From the NCBI GenBank assembly GCA_963767925.1, contig CAVYGB010000006.1:128001-192000 (forward strand): DNA of 64,000 nucleotides, written 5' to 3'. Both the position numbers and the translations under genes were made by a program. Origin of the DNA: an uncultured delta proteobacterium. GTDB lineage: Bacteria > Myxococcota_A > Polyangia > Fen-1088. Below the pieces are notes generated by a model that did not search any database, had not been told where the DNA came from, and worked only from the letters and a program-made list of their open reading frames with translations. Within the stretch, counting starts at the first letter, position 1. Each line of letters begins with the position of its first letter. Shown piece after piece: positions 8,734-18,110 of the stretch.

Positions 8734-9294
8734 TTACTTCAGCGCCGCTTCGATGGCGGCGCGCAGCTCTTCCGATTCGGGCGCCAGCTTCGCGGGGAAG
8801 GCGGCGATGACCTTGCCGTCTTTCCCGACGAGGTATTTGTGGAAGTTCCACTTCGGCTCGCCGAGCTTGGACGTGAGGAAGGCGTACACCGGCGACTGGC
8901 CGTCGCCCTTGGTCTTCACCTTCTCGAAGAGGGGGAAGGTCACCTTGTACTTGGTGCTGCAAAAGGTCTTGATCTCGGCCTCGGTGCCCGGCTCCTGCCC
9001 GCCGAAGTCGTTGGAGGGGAAGCCCAGGACCACCAGGCCCTTGTCCTTGTAGGTCTGGTACAGCTTCTCCAGCCCGGCGTATTGCGGGGTGTTCCCGCAC
9101 TCCGAGGCGGTGTTGACGACGAGCGCGACCTTGTCCTTGTAGACGCTGAGGGGTTGCGGCTTCTTGTCGATGGTGTTGACGGACAGCTCGTGCAGGGACA
9201 TGGGCGCCTTCTCCTTGGCGAAAGCCCCCGCCGCGGCGAAGAGGGTCACCAGAGCGGCCAGGGCAGAAAAACGGGTGATCGAAGGTATGACCAT
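8734..9294 (-). CDS. Glutathione peroxidase (Cys type, with signal peptide)
   Basis: VVNTASECG.TPQY, GFPSNDFGGQEPG, PKWNFHKYLV; the catalytic codon is TGC. Confidence 0.92.
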   Translation of the reverse strand: MVIPSITRFSALAALVTLFAAAGAFAKEKAPMSLHELSVNTIDKKPQPLSVYKDKVALVVNTASECGNTPQYAGLEKLYQTYKDKGLVVLGFPSNDFGGQEPGTEAEIKTFCSTKYKVTFPLFEKVKTKGDGQSPVYAFLTSKLGEPKWNFHKYLVGKDGKVIAAFPAKLAPESEELRAAIEAALK

Positions 9295-9557
9295 CCCGCC
9301 TTCCTGCCGCGACCCGCGCCAGCAAGCAAGCCGAAAAATCCGGACCCGCCAGGACATGGGCCTCCGGCCGTAGCTCGAGCGGGCATCCAGCATCCACAAA
9401 AAACGTTTCGTCCCGCGCTGCCTCCGTCGGCGTCGGGCGCCGTCCGACTCGTCGGGCCGGACACACGAATTGTTTAACAAGAACCGCCTCGAAGAGAGGA
9501 TAACCAGGAGCAGGCGATCGTCGCCGGAAGCGTCTTTCCCCGCGGAGGTTCGAAACA

Positions 9558-11249
9558 ATGATGCGCCCCTCTATCCGAGAGCTCCTCCTGGCGGGGGCTA
9601 TCGCCGTGACCGCCTGCAACGGCTCGGTGGTCGACGGCCCGGGCGGGCCGGGCCCCAGCTCCCCGGCCGACCCCTCTCGCCCCCCGGCCGACCCCTCCAT
9701 ACCAGGGGTGGCGCCGCCCATCCCGGGGACCAACGTCGCCGAGACGCCGGGGGCCACCCCGCTGCGCCGCCTGACCCGGGCCCAGTACAACAACACCATC
9801 CATGACCTGCTGGGCGTGACCGGCGACTTCGGGGCCACCTTCGCGGGCGACGACGACGCCGGCGGCTTCCACTCGAACGTCGTCTCGCCGGTCAGCGAGC
9901 CCCAGGTCGAGCAGTACTACCGCACGGCCGAGGACCTCGCCGCGCGGGCGGTGGCGGGCGGCCTGGCAAAGCTGGCCCCCTGCGCGCCCCCCAGGGCGGA
10001 GCCGGCCTGCGCCGACGACTTCGTCCGCAACTTCGGCAAGCGAGCCTTCCGCCGCCCCCTCACCCCCGAGGAGGTCACCCGCTACCAGCAGGTCTACCAG
10101 GCCGGCCGCGGCGCCAGCGGCGACCTCGGCAGCGGGGTCACGCTGGTCATCGCCGCCATGTTGCAGTCGCCCAACTTCCTCTACCTGCCGGAGATCGGGG
10201 ACAGCCGGGCGGCCGAGAAGGACGGGGTGCCGCTCGATCCCTACGAGGTGGCCTCCCGCCTGTCGTATTTCGTGCTCGCCAGCATGCCCGACGATGAGCT
10301 GTTCGCCGCCGCCGACGCCAACCAGCTCCGCACGCCCCAGCAGCTCGCCGAGCAGACCCGCCGGCTGCTCGCCAGCCCGCGGGCGCGCGCCTCCATCACC
10401 AGCTTCTTCACCCAGTGGCTCGAGGTGGGCGACATCCTGGCGACCGACAAGGACGCGATGTTGTTCCCCGAGTACACCCCCCAGCTCCGCGCGGCCATGC
10501 GCGACGAGATCGCCGCCTTCGCCGATCACGTCGTGCGCGCGGGCGACGGACGGCTGGAGACGCTGCTCACCAGCGCGCTCTCCTTCCCGACCGGTCCCCT
10601 GCTGCCTCTGTACGGGCTGCCGGCCCGCACCGGCGCGGCCAGCGACCCGCTCGAGCTGCCCCGAAACCAGCGGGCGGGGTTGCTGACCCTGGCCGGGGTC
10701 ATGGCGGTTTACGCCCACCCCAACCAGACCGGCCCGGTCGGCCGGGGCTACATGGTCTCGGACAAGCTCCTGTGCATCACGCCCCCGCCGGCCCCGGACA
10801 ACGTCAACGCGATGCTGGCGCCGCCCGACCCCGGCGTGACCACCCGCGAGCGCCTGGAGCAGCACCGGGTCGATCCAGCCTGCGCGAGCTGCCACACGCT
10901 GATGGACCCCTACGGCCTGACCTTCGAGAACTACGACGCCATCGGCCGCTACCGCAGCAACGACGGGCGCAAGCCGGTCGATGCCAGCGGCAAGGACCTC
11001 CCCTCGATCGGCGACGTGAAGGACGCGGTCGAGCTGATGGCCCGGCTGGCGACCAGCCCCACCGTGCAGAGCTGCCTGACCCGGCAGTGGTTCCGCTACG
11101 CCTTCGGCCGCCAGGAGGTCGCCGCCGACGACGGGACTCTCGCGGCCGCCCAGGCCGCCTTCGCCGGCGCCGACCACGCCCTGCCCGATCTGATGGTCGG
11201 GCTGGCCAGCTCGCGGGGCTTCCGCTTCCGCGCTCCGGTGGCGCCATGA
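9558..11249 (+). CDS. DUF1592/DUF1588/DUF1595-type lipoprotein
   Basis: LRRLTRAQYNNTIHDLL, RAFRRPL, LQSPNFLY, ASRLSYF, CASCH, FENYDAIGRYR. Confidence 0.88.
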   Translation: MMRPSIRELLLAGAIAVTACNGSVVDGPGGPGPSSPADPSRPPADPSIPGVAPPIPGTNVAETPGATPLRRLTRAQYNNTIHDLLGVTGDFGATFAGDDDAGGFHSNVVSPVSEPQVEQYYRTAEDLAARAVAGGLAKLAPCAPPRAEPACADDFVRNFGKRAFRRPLTPEEVTRYQQVYQAGRGASGDLGSGVTLVIAAMLQSPNFLYLPEIGDSRAAEKDGVPLDPYEVASRLSYFVLASMPDDELFAAADANQLRTPQQLAEQTRRLLASPRARASITSFFTQWLEVGDILATDKDAMLFPEYTPQLRAAMRDEIAAFADHVVRAGDGRLETLLTSALSFPTGPLLPLYGLPARTGAASDPLELPRNQRAGLLTLAGVMAVYAHPNQTGPVGRGYMVSDKLLCITPPPAPDNVNAMLAPPDPGVTTRERLEQHRVDPACASCHTLMDPYGLTFENYDAIGRYRSNDGRKPVDASGKDLPSIGDVKDAVELMARLATSPTVQSCLTRQWFRYAFGRQEVAADDGTLAAAQAAFAGADHALPDLMVGLASSRGFRFRAPVAP

Positions 11250-11301
11250 CCCCCGCCCTCCCCTCTGTCACCCTGCCCCTGGCCTGCCAAGGAGTTAGCC
11301 G

Positions 11302-12663
11302 ATGACACCGCGCCGGATGCGCCGCCGAGACTTCCTGAGGACCGCGGGAACGGGCGCCGCCCTGTCGCCGTTCCTGCCCTTCCTGAACCGCCGGGCGGAG
11401 GCCGACGGCGGCTTCCCCCAGCGGCTGCTGCTCGTGTTTACCGGCAACGGCACCCTGGAGAACGAGTTCTGGCCCACCGGCGGCGAGACCGACTTCACCT
11501 TCAAGCCCGGCTCGATCACCGAGCCGCTGGCGCCCCACCGCTCCCACCTGATCTTCCCCCGCAACCTGCGCCGGCTGACCTCCGGGTCGGGCGCCCACGA
11601 GAAGAACATGGGCGGCCTGTGGACCGGCTGCGGCCTGGTGGCGGCCAACGGGTACCCCCGGGGCCCCTCGATCGACCAGGTCATCGCCCAGGGGCTGACC
11701 GCCCCGACCCCCTTCAAGAGCCTGCAGTTCGGCGTGCAGGCCGACTCGTTCAACCCCGGCGGCAACAAGCCGGTCCTCAAGTCGATGACCTACAGCGGCT
11801 CGAACGCGGTGGTCCGGCCGGTGGACAACCCCACCCTGATGTTCAACAAGCTGATGCTCGGCGCGGGCGGGGGCCCCACCCTGTCGCCCGAGGATCTGCA
11901 GCGGACGCGGACCCGGCGGCAGAGCGTGCTCGACGCCGTCCGGGGCGACCTGCGCGCGCTCTCGGCCCGCCTGGGCCGGGACGACAAGTCCAAGCTCGAC
12001 CAGCACCTCGAAGGCATCGCCGGGCTCGAGAAGCGGCTGATCCAGCCGATCGGCGAGGCGCCGGCGGCGGCCAACGCCTGCGGCATGCCCCAGGTCCCCG
12101 GGAGCTTCAACGACCCGGCGGCGCTGGCCCTCAACGAGAACTTCCCGATGATCATGGACGTGCAGAACAAGCTGGCGGTCGCCGCCCTGGCCTGTGACCG
12201 CACGCGGGTGGCGACCCTGCAGTGGTCGCGCTCGTTCAGCCCGATCCGCCACCAGTGGGTGGGCGTGCGCGAGGATCACCACACCATCTCGCACCGGACC
12301 GGCGCCGCCGACATCCGCCTGCTCCACAACATCAACCGCTGGTACGGCGAGCGTTTCGCCGACCTCCTGGGCCAGCTCGCGGCGGTCAAGGAAGGCGACG
12401 GGACCTTGCTCGACAACACCCTGGTGGTGTGGGGCAACGAGGCCGCCACCGGCAACCACGCTGCCTCCCCGCCGGTGACGTTGATGGCGGGCCGGCTCGG
12501 TGGCCGGATCAAGACCGGCGCCACCGGTCGCTCACTGGATCTGCAGGGTTACGACTGGTCGCAGGTGCTGATCACCATCGCGCACGCGATGGGTTTGTCG
12601 AGCGTCAACAAGATCGGGGATCTGGGAATGAAGGACGGGGATATACCCACGTTGCTCGGGTAG
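11302..12663 (+). CDS. DUF1552 domain protein (Tat-exported)
   Basis: RRRDFL twin-arginine signal, SIDQVIA, ALACDRTRVATLQ, HHTISH, GTLLDNTLV; usual partner of the preceding gene. Confidence 0.88.
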   Translation: MTPRRMRRRDFLRTAGTGAALSPFLPFLNRRAEADGGFPQRLLLVFTGNGTLENEFWPTGGETDFTFKPGSITEPLAPHRSHLIFPRNLRRLTSGSGAHEKNMGGLWTGCGLVAANGYPRGPSIDQVIAQGLTAPTPFKSLQFGVQADSFNPGGNKPVLKSMTYSGSNAVVRPVDNPTLMFNKLMLGAGGGPTLSPEDLQRTRTRRQSVLDAVRGDLRALSARLGRDDKSKLDQHLEGIAGLEKRLIQPIGEAPAAANACGMPQVPGSFNDPAALALNENFPMIMDVQNKLAVAALACDRTRVATLQWSRSFSPIRHQWVGVREDHHTISHRTGAADIRLLHNINRWYGERFADLLGQLAAVKEGDGTLLDNTLVVWGNEAATGNHAASPPVTLMAGRLGGRIKTGATGRSLDLQGYDWSQVLITIAHAMGLSSVNKIGDLGMKDGDIPTLLG

Positions 12664-12719
12664 AGCGGCGGCGGAGCGGAACCCCGGTCGGGACGAGAAC
12701 AGGGACAGGAGAATGTTCG

Positions 12720-12843
12720 CCCTCGCCCCGCGGTCTGCCGCGGGGAGAGGGGAAGGGTGAGGGGCGGTTGCCACGCCGGAGGCCCCTCACCCGGCGCGCA
12801 GACGCGCCGACCTCTCCCCACGGCAGACCGCGGGGAGAGGTGA
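12720..12843. repeat. Composite palindromic element: partial inverted copy (12720-12765) plus 73-bp copy 2 (12771-12843)
   Basis: CCCCGCGG-TCTG-CCGCGGGGAGAGG..GGGTGAGGGG followed by CCCCTCACCC..CCTCTCCCC..GGGGAGAGG. Confidence 0.85.
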
Positions 12844-12844
12844 T

Positions 12845-13202
12845 GGCGCTGAAAGCCTGAAAACAGCCTCGACCCGCGCGCTGCTGTTGGGCGCTGAAAG
12901 CCTGAAAACAGCCTCGACCCGCGCGCTGCTGTTGGGCGCTGAAAGCCTGAAAACAGCCTCGACCCGCGCGCTGCTGTTGGGCGCTGAAAGCCTGAAAACA
13001 GCCTCGACCCGCGCGCTGCTGTTGGGCGCTGAAAGCCTGAAAACAGCCTCGGCCCGCGCGCTGCTGTTGGGCGCTGAAAGCCTGAAAACAGCCTGGGCCC
13101 GCGCTGCTGTTGGGCGCTGAAAGCCTGAAAACAGCCTCGACCCGCGCGCTGCTGTTGGGCGCTGAAAGCCTGAAAACCGCCTGGGCGCGCGCTGCTGATG
13201 GC
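12845..13202. repeat. Tandem repeat array, 8 units of 45 bp (one of 43 bp)
   Basis: GGCGCTGAAAGCCTGAAAACAGCCTCGACCCGCGCGCTGCTGTTG starting at 12845, 12890, 12935, 12980, 13025, 13070, 13113 and 13158. Confidence 0.95.
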
Positions 13203-13232
13203 GCCGAAGGCGAAGCCCGAACGCCGGCGCGG

Positions 13233-15542
13233 TCAGAGGGCGCGTTCGACGCCGGGGAGGTTCTTGAGCTTGAGGATGAGGCCGCTGACGTGGGCGGCGG
13301 CGAGGTTCGAGCCGGCGGTGACGTTGTCGTGCTTGAGGGCGGCCTCGCGCACGATGAAGTAATACATCGCGATCGGGTAGACGGCGCCGCTGCCTCCCAC
13401 CCGCTGGCGCAGGGGAGAGGTGATCCCGCGGGCGAACTCGGGGCTGACGCCGGCGAGCGAGATGGCCGAGGTCTCGACGGCGTGGCAGACGCGGGCGAGC
13501 TGGTCACCGTCGCGGGCGACCACCTCACGCGGCAGCGTGGGGATCGGCACCGGTGACTTCGGCACCGCCGAGGTGGTGGGGCCGCTGGAGGCGGCCCGGG
13601 GCGGCACCGGCGGAGGCGGCGGGTCCGAGCGCACGCCCGCCCGGTTCAGGGCCGGCGCGATCGCCAGCCTGCCCGGTGATGGCGGCCTCGGAGCCGGCGC
13701 GGCGGCCTTGACCTCGGGGGCCTCGGTGGGGACGGGCAGCGCCGGTGGCGCCTCGGCGGGAGCGCGCGGAGCTGGCTCGGGCGCCGGCAAGGGCGGCACC
13801 CCGGACAGCTCGGCCGCCAGGGGAGAGCCCCGGCGCACGCCCGGGCCCAGCTCGATGCGGCGGCCGGCCGAACCCTCGCTCGGAAGCGGAGAGCGGCGGC
13901 GGAACCTCGGCGCTTCTTTGGGCCCCTCCTCCGCGCTGGCGACCCGGCGGCCGGGGCCCGATCGCGGCGGCAGGGGGCGCACCCGGAAGCGATTCAGGTT
14001 GTTCTCGCGGGCGCTCCCGCCGGGGAGCGAGCCAGACGCGCCCGCCGCCGACCCTTCACCCCGGCTGGCCAGGCGGGTCGGCGACTCGGCCGGCTCCGGC
14101 TCGGCCGCGGGCGTCGGCACGGTCCGCTGAGCGGCCGCCAGCTCGGCGGTCGCGCGCTCGCGCAGGCGGGTCAGGCGCACGTTGAGCGATGGATTCTTGA
14201 TCGGCACGGCGCCGGCCTTGGCCGCCATCTCCAGCGCGGCGTCGTAGCGGCGCTCGTTGGCGAACGCCTCACCAGCCTCGATGTAGACCTTGGCCTCGGC
14301 GTCGAGATCGGGGATCACGGCCGGCGGCGCCGGGGCCGCCGCGGTGGGCACCTCGGCTCGCGTCCCCGGCTCGACCCCGGTCGAGCGGGTCACCGCCCAG
14401 ATCCCCGCGGCCAGCGCCAGGCCGCAGGCGCCGAAGGCGACGAGCTTCCAGCTCCCGCTGTTGCCCCCCCGCAGGGAGAGGGCGGCCGTGGCGGGCACCT
14501 CGATCGGCGAGGTCGTCCCGCGCAGCGAGGAGACGGTCACCGGCACGCCACCCGCGGTGGGCATCACCCGGGGGGCCGTCACCTCGCTGGCCCGGGTGAG
14601 GGCGGCGAAGTCGGGGAACAGCTCCCGGATGAAGGCGGCCAGGGAGCGCGGCGTCGACAGGTGCTCCTTCTTGATGGCGAACACCTCGAGCCGGTCGCGG
14701 AACTCGCGGGCCGAGGGACAGCGCTTGTCGACGTTGCGCTCGATCGCCGACAGGACGATCTTCTCCAGCGTCGCCGGATAGGTGGGGACGATCTGGGTCG
14801 GCCGGGGGATGGGGGCGTTGAGGACCTTCGGCAGGACCTCGGTGTCCCGTTGCCCGGGAGGTCCGAAAGGATTGATCCCGGTGGTCAGCTCGAACAGCGT
14901 GATGCCGAGGCTGAACACGTCGGCCCGGTGGTCGAGCCGCCCCCGTGACACCTGCTCGGGCGCCATGTAGCGCAGCTCGCCCGTGAGCATGCCCTCCTGG
15001 GTGTGCAGCAGCCGATCCTTGGCCGCCGCCATTCCGAAGTCGAGCAGCTTGGGGACCCCGTCGAGGTTGAGGACGATGTTGGCCGGGCTCACCTCCCGGT
15101 GCACGAGCCCCACCGGCTCGCCGTCCTGATCGACCGCGCTGTGCGCGTAGGCGAGGGCGTCGCAGATCTTGGCGATGATCTGGGCAAAGTGCCCGTGGTG
15201 GAGCTTGCCCTCCTGGTGCGCGCGCCGGATGACCATCTCCAGCGTCACCCCGCGCACGTACTCCATGGCGATGTACGGGACGCCTTCTTCCTCGCCGACC
15301 TCGAACACCTGCACGATGTTCGGGTGGGTCAGCCGGGCCGCGACGCGCGCCTCGTCGAGGAACATGCGTACGAACAGCGGATCGGCGGCGTATTCCGGGC
15401 TGATGCGCTTGACGACGACTTCCTTCTCGAAGCCCGCCACCCCGCGCAGCTTGCACAGGTACACCTCCGCCAGCGCGCCGCGACCGAGCTGACCGACGAT
15501 CTGAAACCTATTGCGCGGTATGTCCGCCGAAATTTCCGCCAC
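13233..15542 (-). CDS. Membrane Ser/Thr protein kinase-like protein (possible pseudokinase)
   Basis: VVVKRI, FLDEARVAARL.HPNIVQV, HREVSPANI, DFG, YMAPEQ; then a TM helix, TPR-like helices and a Pro-rich linker. Confidence 0.88.
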   Translation of the reverse strand: MAEISADIPRNRFQIVGQLGRGALAEVYLCKLRGVAGFEKEVVVKRISPEYAADPLFVRMFLDEARVAARLTHPNIVQVFEVGEEEGVPYIAMEYVRGVTLEMVIRRAHQEGKLHHGHFAQIIAKICDALAYAHSAVDQDGEPVGLVHREVSPANIVLNLDGVPKLLDFGMAAAKDRLLHTQEGMLTGELRYMAPEQVSRGRLDHRADVFSLGITLFELTTGINPFGPPGQRDTEVLPKVLNAPIPRPTQIVPTYPATLEKIVLSAIERNVDKRCPSAREFRDRLEVFAIKKEHLSTPRSLAAFIRELFPDFAALTRASEVTAPRVMPTAGGVPVTVSSLRGTTSPIEVPATAALSLRGGNSGSWKLVAFGACGLALAAGIWAVTRSTGVEPGTRAEVPTAAAPAPPAVIPDLDAEAKVYIEAGEAFANERRYDAALEMAAKAGAVPIKNPSLNVRLTRLRERATAELAAAQRTVPTPAAEPEPAESPTRLASRGEGSAAGASGSLPGGSARENNLNRFRVRPLPPRSGPGRRVASAEEGPKEAPRFRRRSPLPSEGSAGRRIELGPGVRRGSPLAAELSGVPPLPAPEPAPRAPAEAPPALPVPTEAPEVKAAAPAPRPPSPGRLAIAPALNRAGVRSDPPPPPVPPRAASSGPTTSAVPKSPVPIPTLPREVVARDGDQLARVCHAVETSAISLAGVSPEFARGITSPLRQRVGGSGAVYPIAMYYFIVREAALKHDNVTAGSNLAAAHVSGLILKLKNLPGVERAL

Positions 15543-15857
15543 GATATGGACCCCAAAGAAACGCGTAACAGTTGTGCGCGGACGCGATCATACGCCCACC
15601 CCCCCGAACGAAGACGCCATCGAATCTTTCTTCTTGGCGCAGTGAGTGCCCCCCCTCACAGCCGTCTGGGGACGTTACCCCAGTCTTCCGTGCCCCCGCT
15701 TGCCCCGCTTGCCCCCGAATCGGCCCGAAGATACCCCCCTTCAGGCTTCGACGCGACCAATGTCGCGACCGCACCGCTTGGTCCCTGTTTACTCCATTTC
15801 GATTGAGAGGACACAGACATCCGGGCATAGGATGCGGCCCTTTCGCCGGGGGGAACT

Positions 15858-18032
15858 TTGCCACGAAGCTTCAAGCCTACACAGTGGCCGGTAGTTTTTG
15901 CCGTTTCAACCGGGCTGTTGCTGGCGCCCGTGGCGCAAAACGTGGCCTCTGCCCAGCCGCCGACGCCAGCGCCCGAAGACGACCTGCAGCCGATGTCGCT
16001 CGAGGATCTGCTCAACACCGTCGTCACCACCGCCTCGGGGTCGACCGAGCAGCGCTCCCTGGCGGCAGCCAACGTCTTCGTGATCTCGAGCCGCGACATC
16101 GAGCGCCGGGGCTGGCGCTCCCTGCAGGAGATCCTCGAGCAGGTGCCGGGGCTCTACATCGTCGACGACCACGTCTCGCCCTCGGTCGGCGTCCGCGAGG
16201 TCACCGGCGGCTTCCGCGGCGGCACCCGCATGGTCAAGGTGATGATCGACGGCAACCCCATCGCGTTCCGCCCCGACCTCAACGCCTTCATCGGCCCGGA
16301 GTTCATCCCGATCTCCGCCATCGACAGGGTCGAGGTGGCCAAGGGCCCGCTGTCTGCGCTGTACGGCGCCAACGCCTTCCTGGCGACGGTCAACGTCATA
16401 ACCAGCAAGCCGACCGTCCCCTCCTCGGCCTCGGCCCACACCGTGATCCGCGACCGCTATCCCGGCTACGGCGGCTCGGCCATGGCAACGCATGGCGACG
16501 CGCGCAAGGGCGTGCTCGTCGCGGTCAGCGCCGAGCGGGTCGATCGCTCGGGCCTGCGGCCCACCCCCTCGTTCGAGAACCAGGACACCGCCAGCCCGCT
16601 GTTCAACCGCCGGAGCACCAACGACATCTCGAGCCCGCAGTCGGTGTTCCTGCGCCTGCACTACGAGAGCGAAGGGGCCGGCGAGCTGCTCGCCTCGGCC
16701 GGCTACCAGCGGCTCGACGTGGGGGGCGAGTTCCAGCTCAACTCGATCCTCACCCACCTCACCCGGGTGGCGCTGACCAATCAGTGGGCCAGCCTGCAAT
16801 ATGGCAAGGCCCTCGGCAGCAGCGTCCGGTTGCGGGCGCTGGTGGGCGTCGCCTCCGGCAGCCCCGACCGGGAGTACCAGCTCTTCCTCACCGACAGCCG
16901 GGACGCCTATTACCGGCCCAACTACGGCTACCGGTCGCTCAACGGGCAGCTCGAGCTCAGCTTCACGCCGGTCCCAGCCTTCTCCCTCAAGCTCGGCGCC
17001 GACAGCGAATTCGCCCGGGAGGAGCTGCTGTTTTACACCCAGGTGCTCCTCAACCAGCAGGACATGCGCCAGACCCTCGACGAGGTGGAGCTGATCGATC
17101 CGGCCGACCCGCGCTCGGCCGATTCGCTCCAGCTCGGCACCTACCTGCAGGTCTCGACCAACCCCATCCCCTCGGTCAGCGACCTCATCTTGACCGGCAA
17201 CGGGCGGGTCGACTTCATCAACTTCGGCGACGTCACCTTCCCCCGGCAATACAGCTGGCGGGGCGCCCTGGCCTACCGCTGGAGCGAGCGCTTCACCACG
17301 AAGGTCGTCGCCGGGCGGGCCTTCCAGACCCCCTCGGGCACCCTGCTCTACTCGCAAGGTGGGGTGGGCAACACCCGCAACGTCATCGGCAGCGAGCGGC
17401 TGCAGGAGCCGGCCCGTCTGCGCCCGCAGGTGCTGACCAGCGTCGACCTGGTGGCGGCGGCCCAGTTCGGGACCTTCGCCACCCTGGAGGCCACCGGCTT
17501 TCGCCAGCTCCTCGACGACGCCATCGAGTTCGTGCAGGCCGGCCCCTTCTTCGTGGCCCGCAACCGCGGCCAGCGCGCCACGAGCGGGCTCGAGCTGACC
17601 TTGCGGCTGGCCCTGGGGGCCTTTTACCCCTACGCGGTGGCCAGCCTGACCCGCGACGCCCTCGAGAACATGCAGGGGGGCGTGGCCCCTCCACTTTACC
17701 CGACGGCCTACGGCTACGGGGGCATCGACTTCGATCCCGTGAGCAGCCACTTCGGGGCCAACGTCGAGGTCCGCTGGACCGGCCCCCGCGGCGGCTCGCA
17801 GGGGAACGTGTACACGAACGATTCGCGGCCCTACAACCTGCCCGCCTACACCGACCTGGGGGCGACGGTCCGGATCAAGCAGCTCCGGCTGCTCTCCCCC
17901 ACCCTCGAGACGCGCCTGCTGGCCTCGGTGCGGAACCTGCTCGACCAGCGCCGCCTGGAGCCCGGCTTTGCCGGGATCGACATCCCCCAGCCGGGCCGAA
18001 CCTTCCTGCTCTCGATTCACCAGGACCTCTGA
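15858..18032 (+). CDS. TonB-dependent receptor
   Basis: SLEDLLNTVVTTAS, IDRVEVAKGPLSALYGANA...VNVIT plug; C-terminal RNLLD...GRTFLLSI. Confidence 0.9.
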   Translation: MPRSFKPTQWPVVFAVSTGLLLAPVAQNVASAQPPTPAPEDDLQPMSLEDLLNTVVTTASGSTEQRSLAAANVFVISSRDIERRGWRSLQEILEQVPGLYIVDDHVSPSVGVREVTGGFRGGTRMVKVMIDGNPIAFRPDLNAFIGPEFIPISAIDRVEVAKGPLSALYGANAFLATVNVITSKPTVPSSASAHTVIRDRYPGYGGSAMATHGDARKGVLVAVSAERVDRSGLRPTPSFENQDTASPLFNRRSTNDISSPQSVFLRLHYESEGAGELLASAGYQRLDVGGEFQLNSILTHLTRVALTNQWASLQYGKALGSSVRLRALVGVASGSPDREYQLFLTDSRDAYYRPNYGYRSLNGQLELSFTPVPAFSLKLGADSEFAREELLFYTQVLLNQQDMRQTLDEVELIDPADPRSADSLQLGTYLQVSTNPIPSVSDLILTGNGRVDFINFGDVTFPRQYSWRGALAYRWSERFTTKVVAGRAFQTPSGTLLYSQGGVGNTRNVIGSERLQEPARLRPQVLTSVDLVAAAQFGTFATLEATGFRQLLDDAIEFVQAGPFFVARNRGQRATSGLELTLRLALGAFYPYAVASLTRDALENMQGGVAPPLYPTAYGYGGIDFDPVSSHFGANVEVRWTGPRGGSQGNVYTNDSRPYNLPAYTDLGATVRIKQLRLLSPTLETRLLASVRNLLDQRRLEPGFAGIDIPQPGRTFLLSIHQDL

Positions 18033-18110
18033 CCGCGACCGCCGGCGACCGGCGAGACCCCGCCTCCCCCCGCCTGCCCCGGCACGAAAGCGAAAGAAAG
18101 AGAGCCCGCC

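Noticed and set aside
8734..9294. Selenocysteine glutathione peroxidase or B12-transport btuE
   Set aside because: The active-site codon is TGC, and the gene is 24 kb from the btu genes.
12845..13202. CRISPR array or LLGAESLKTA repeat peptide
   Set aside because: Units are nearly identical over their full length, a 43-bp unit shifts the frame, and there is no RBS.
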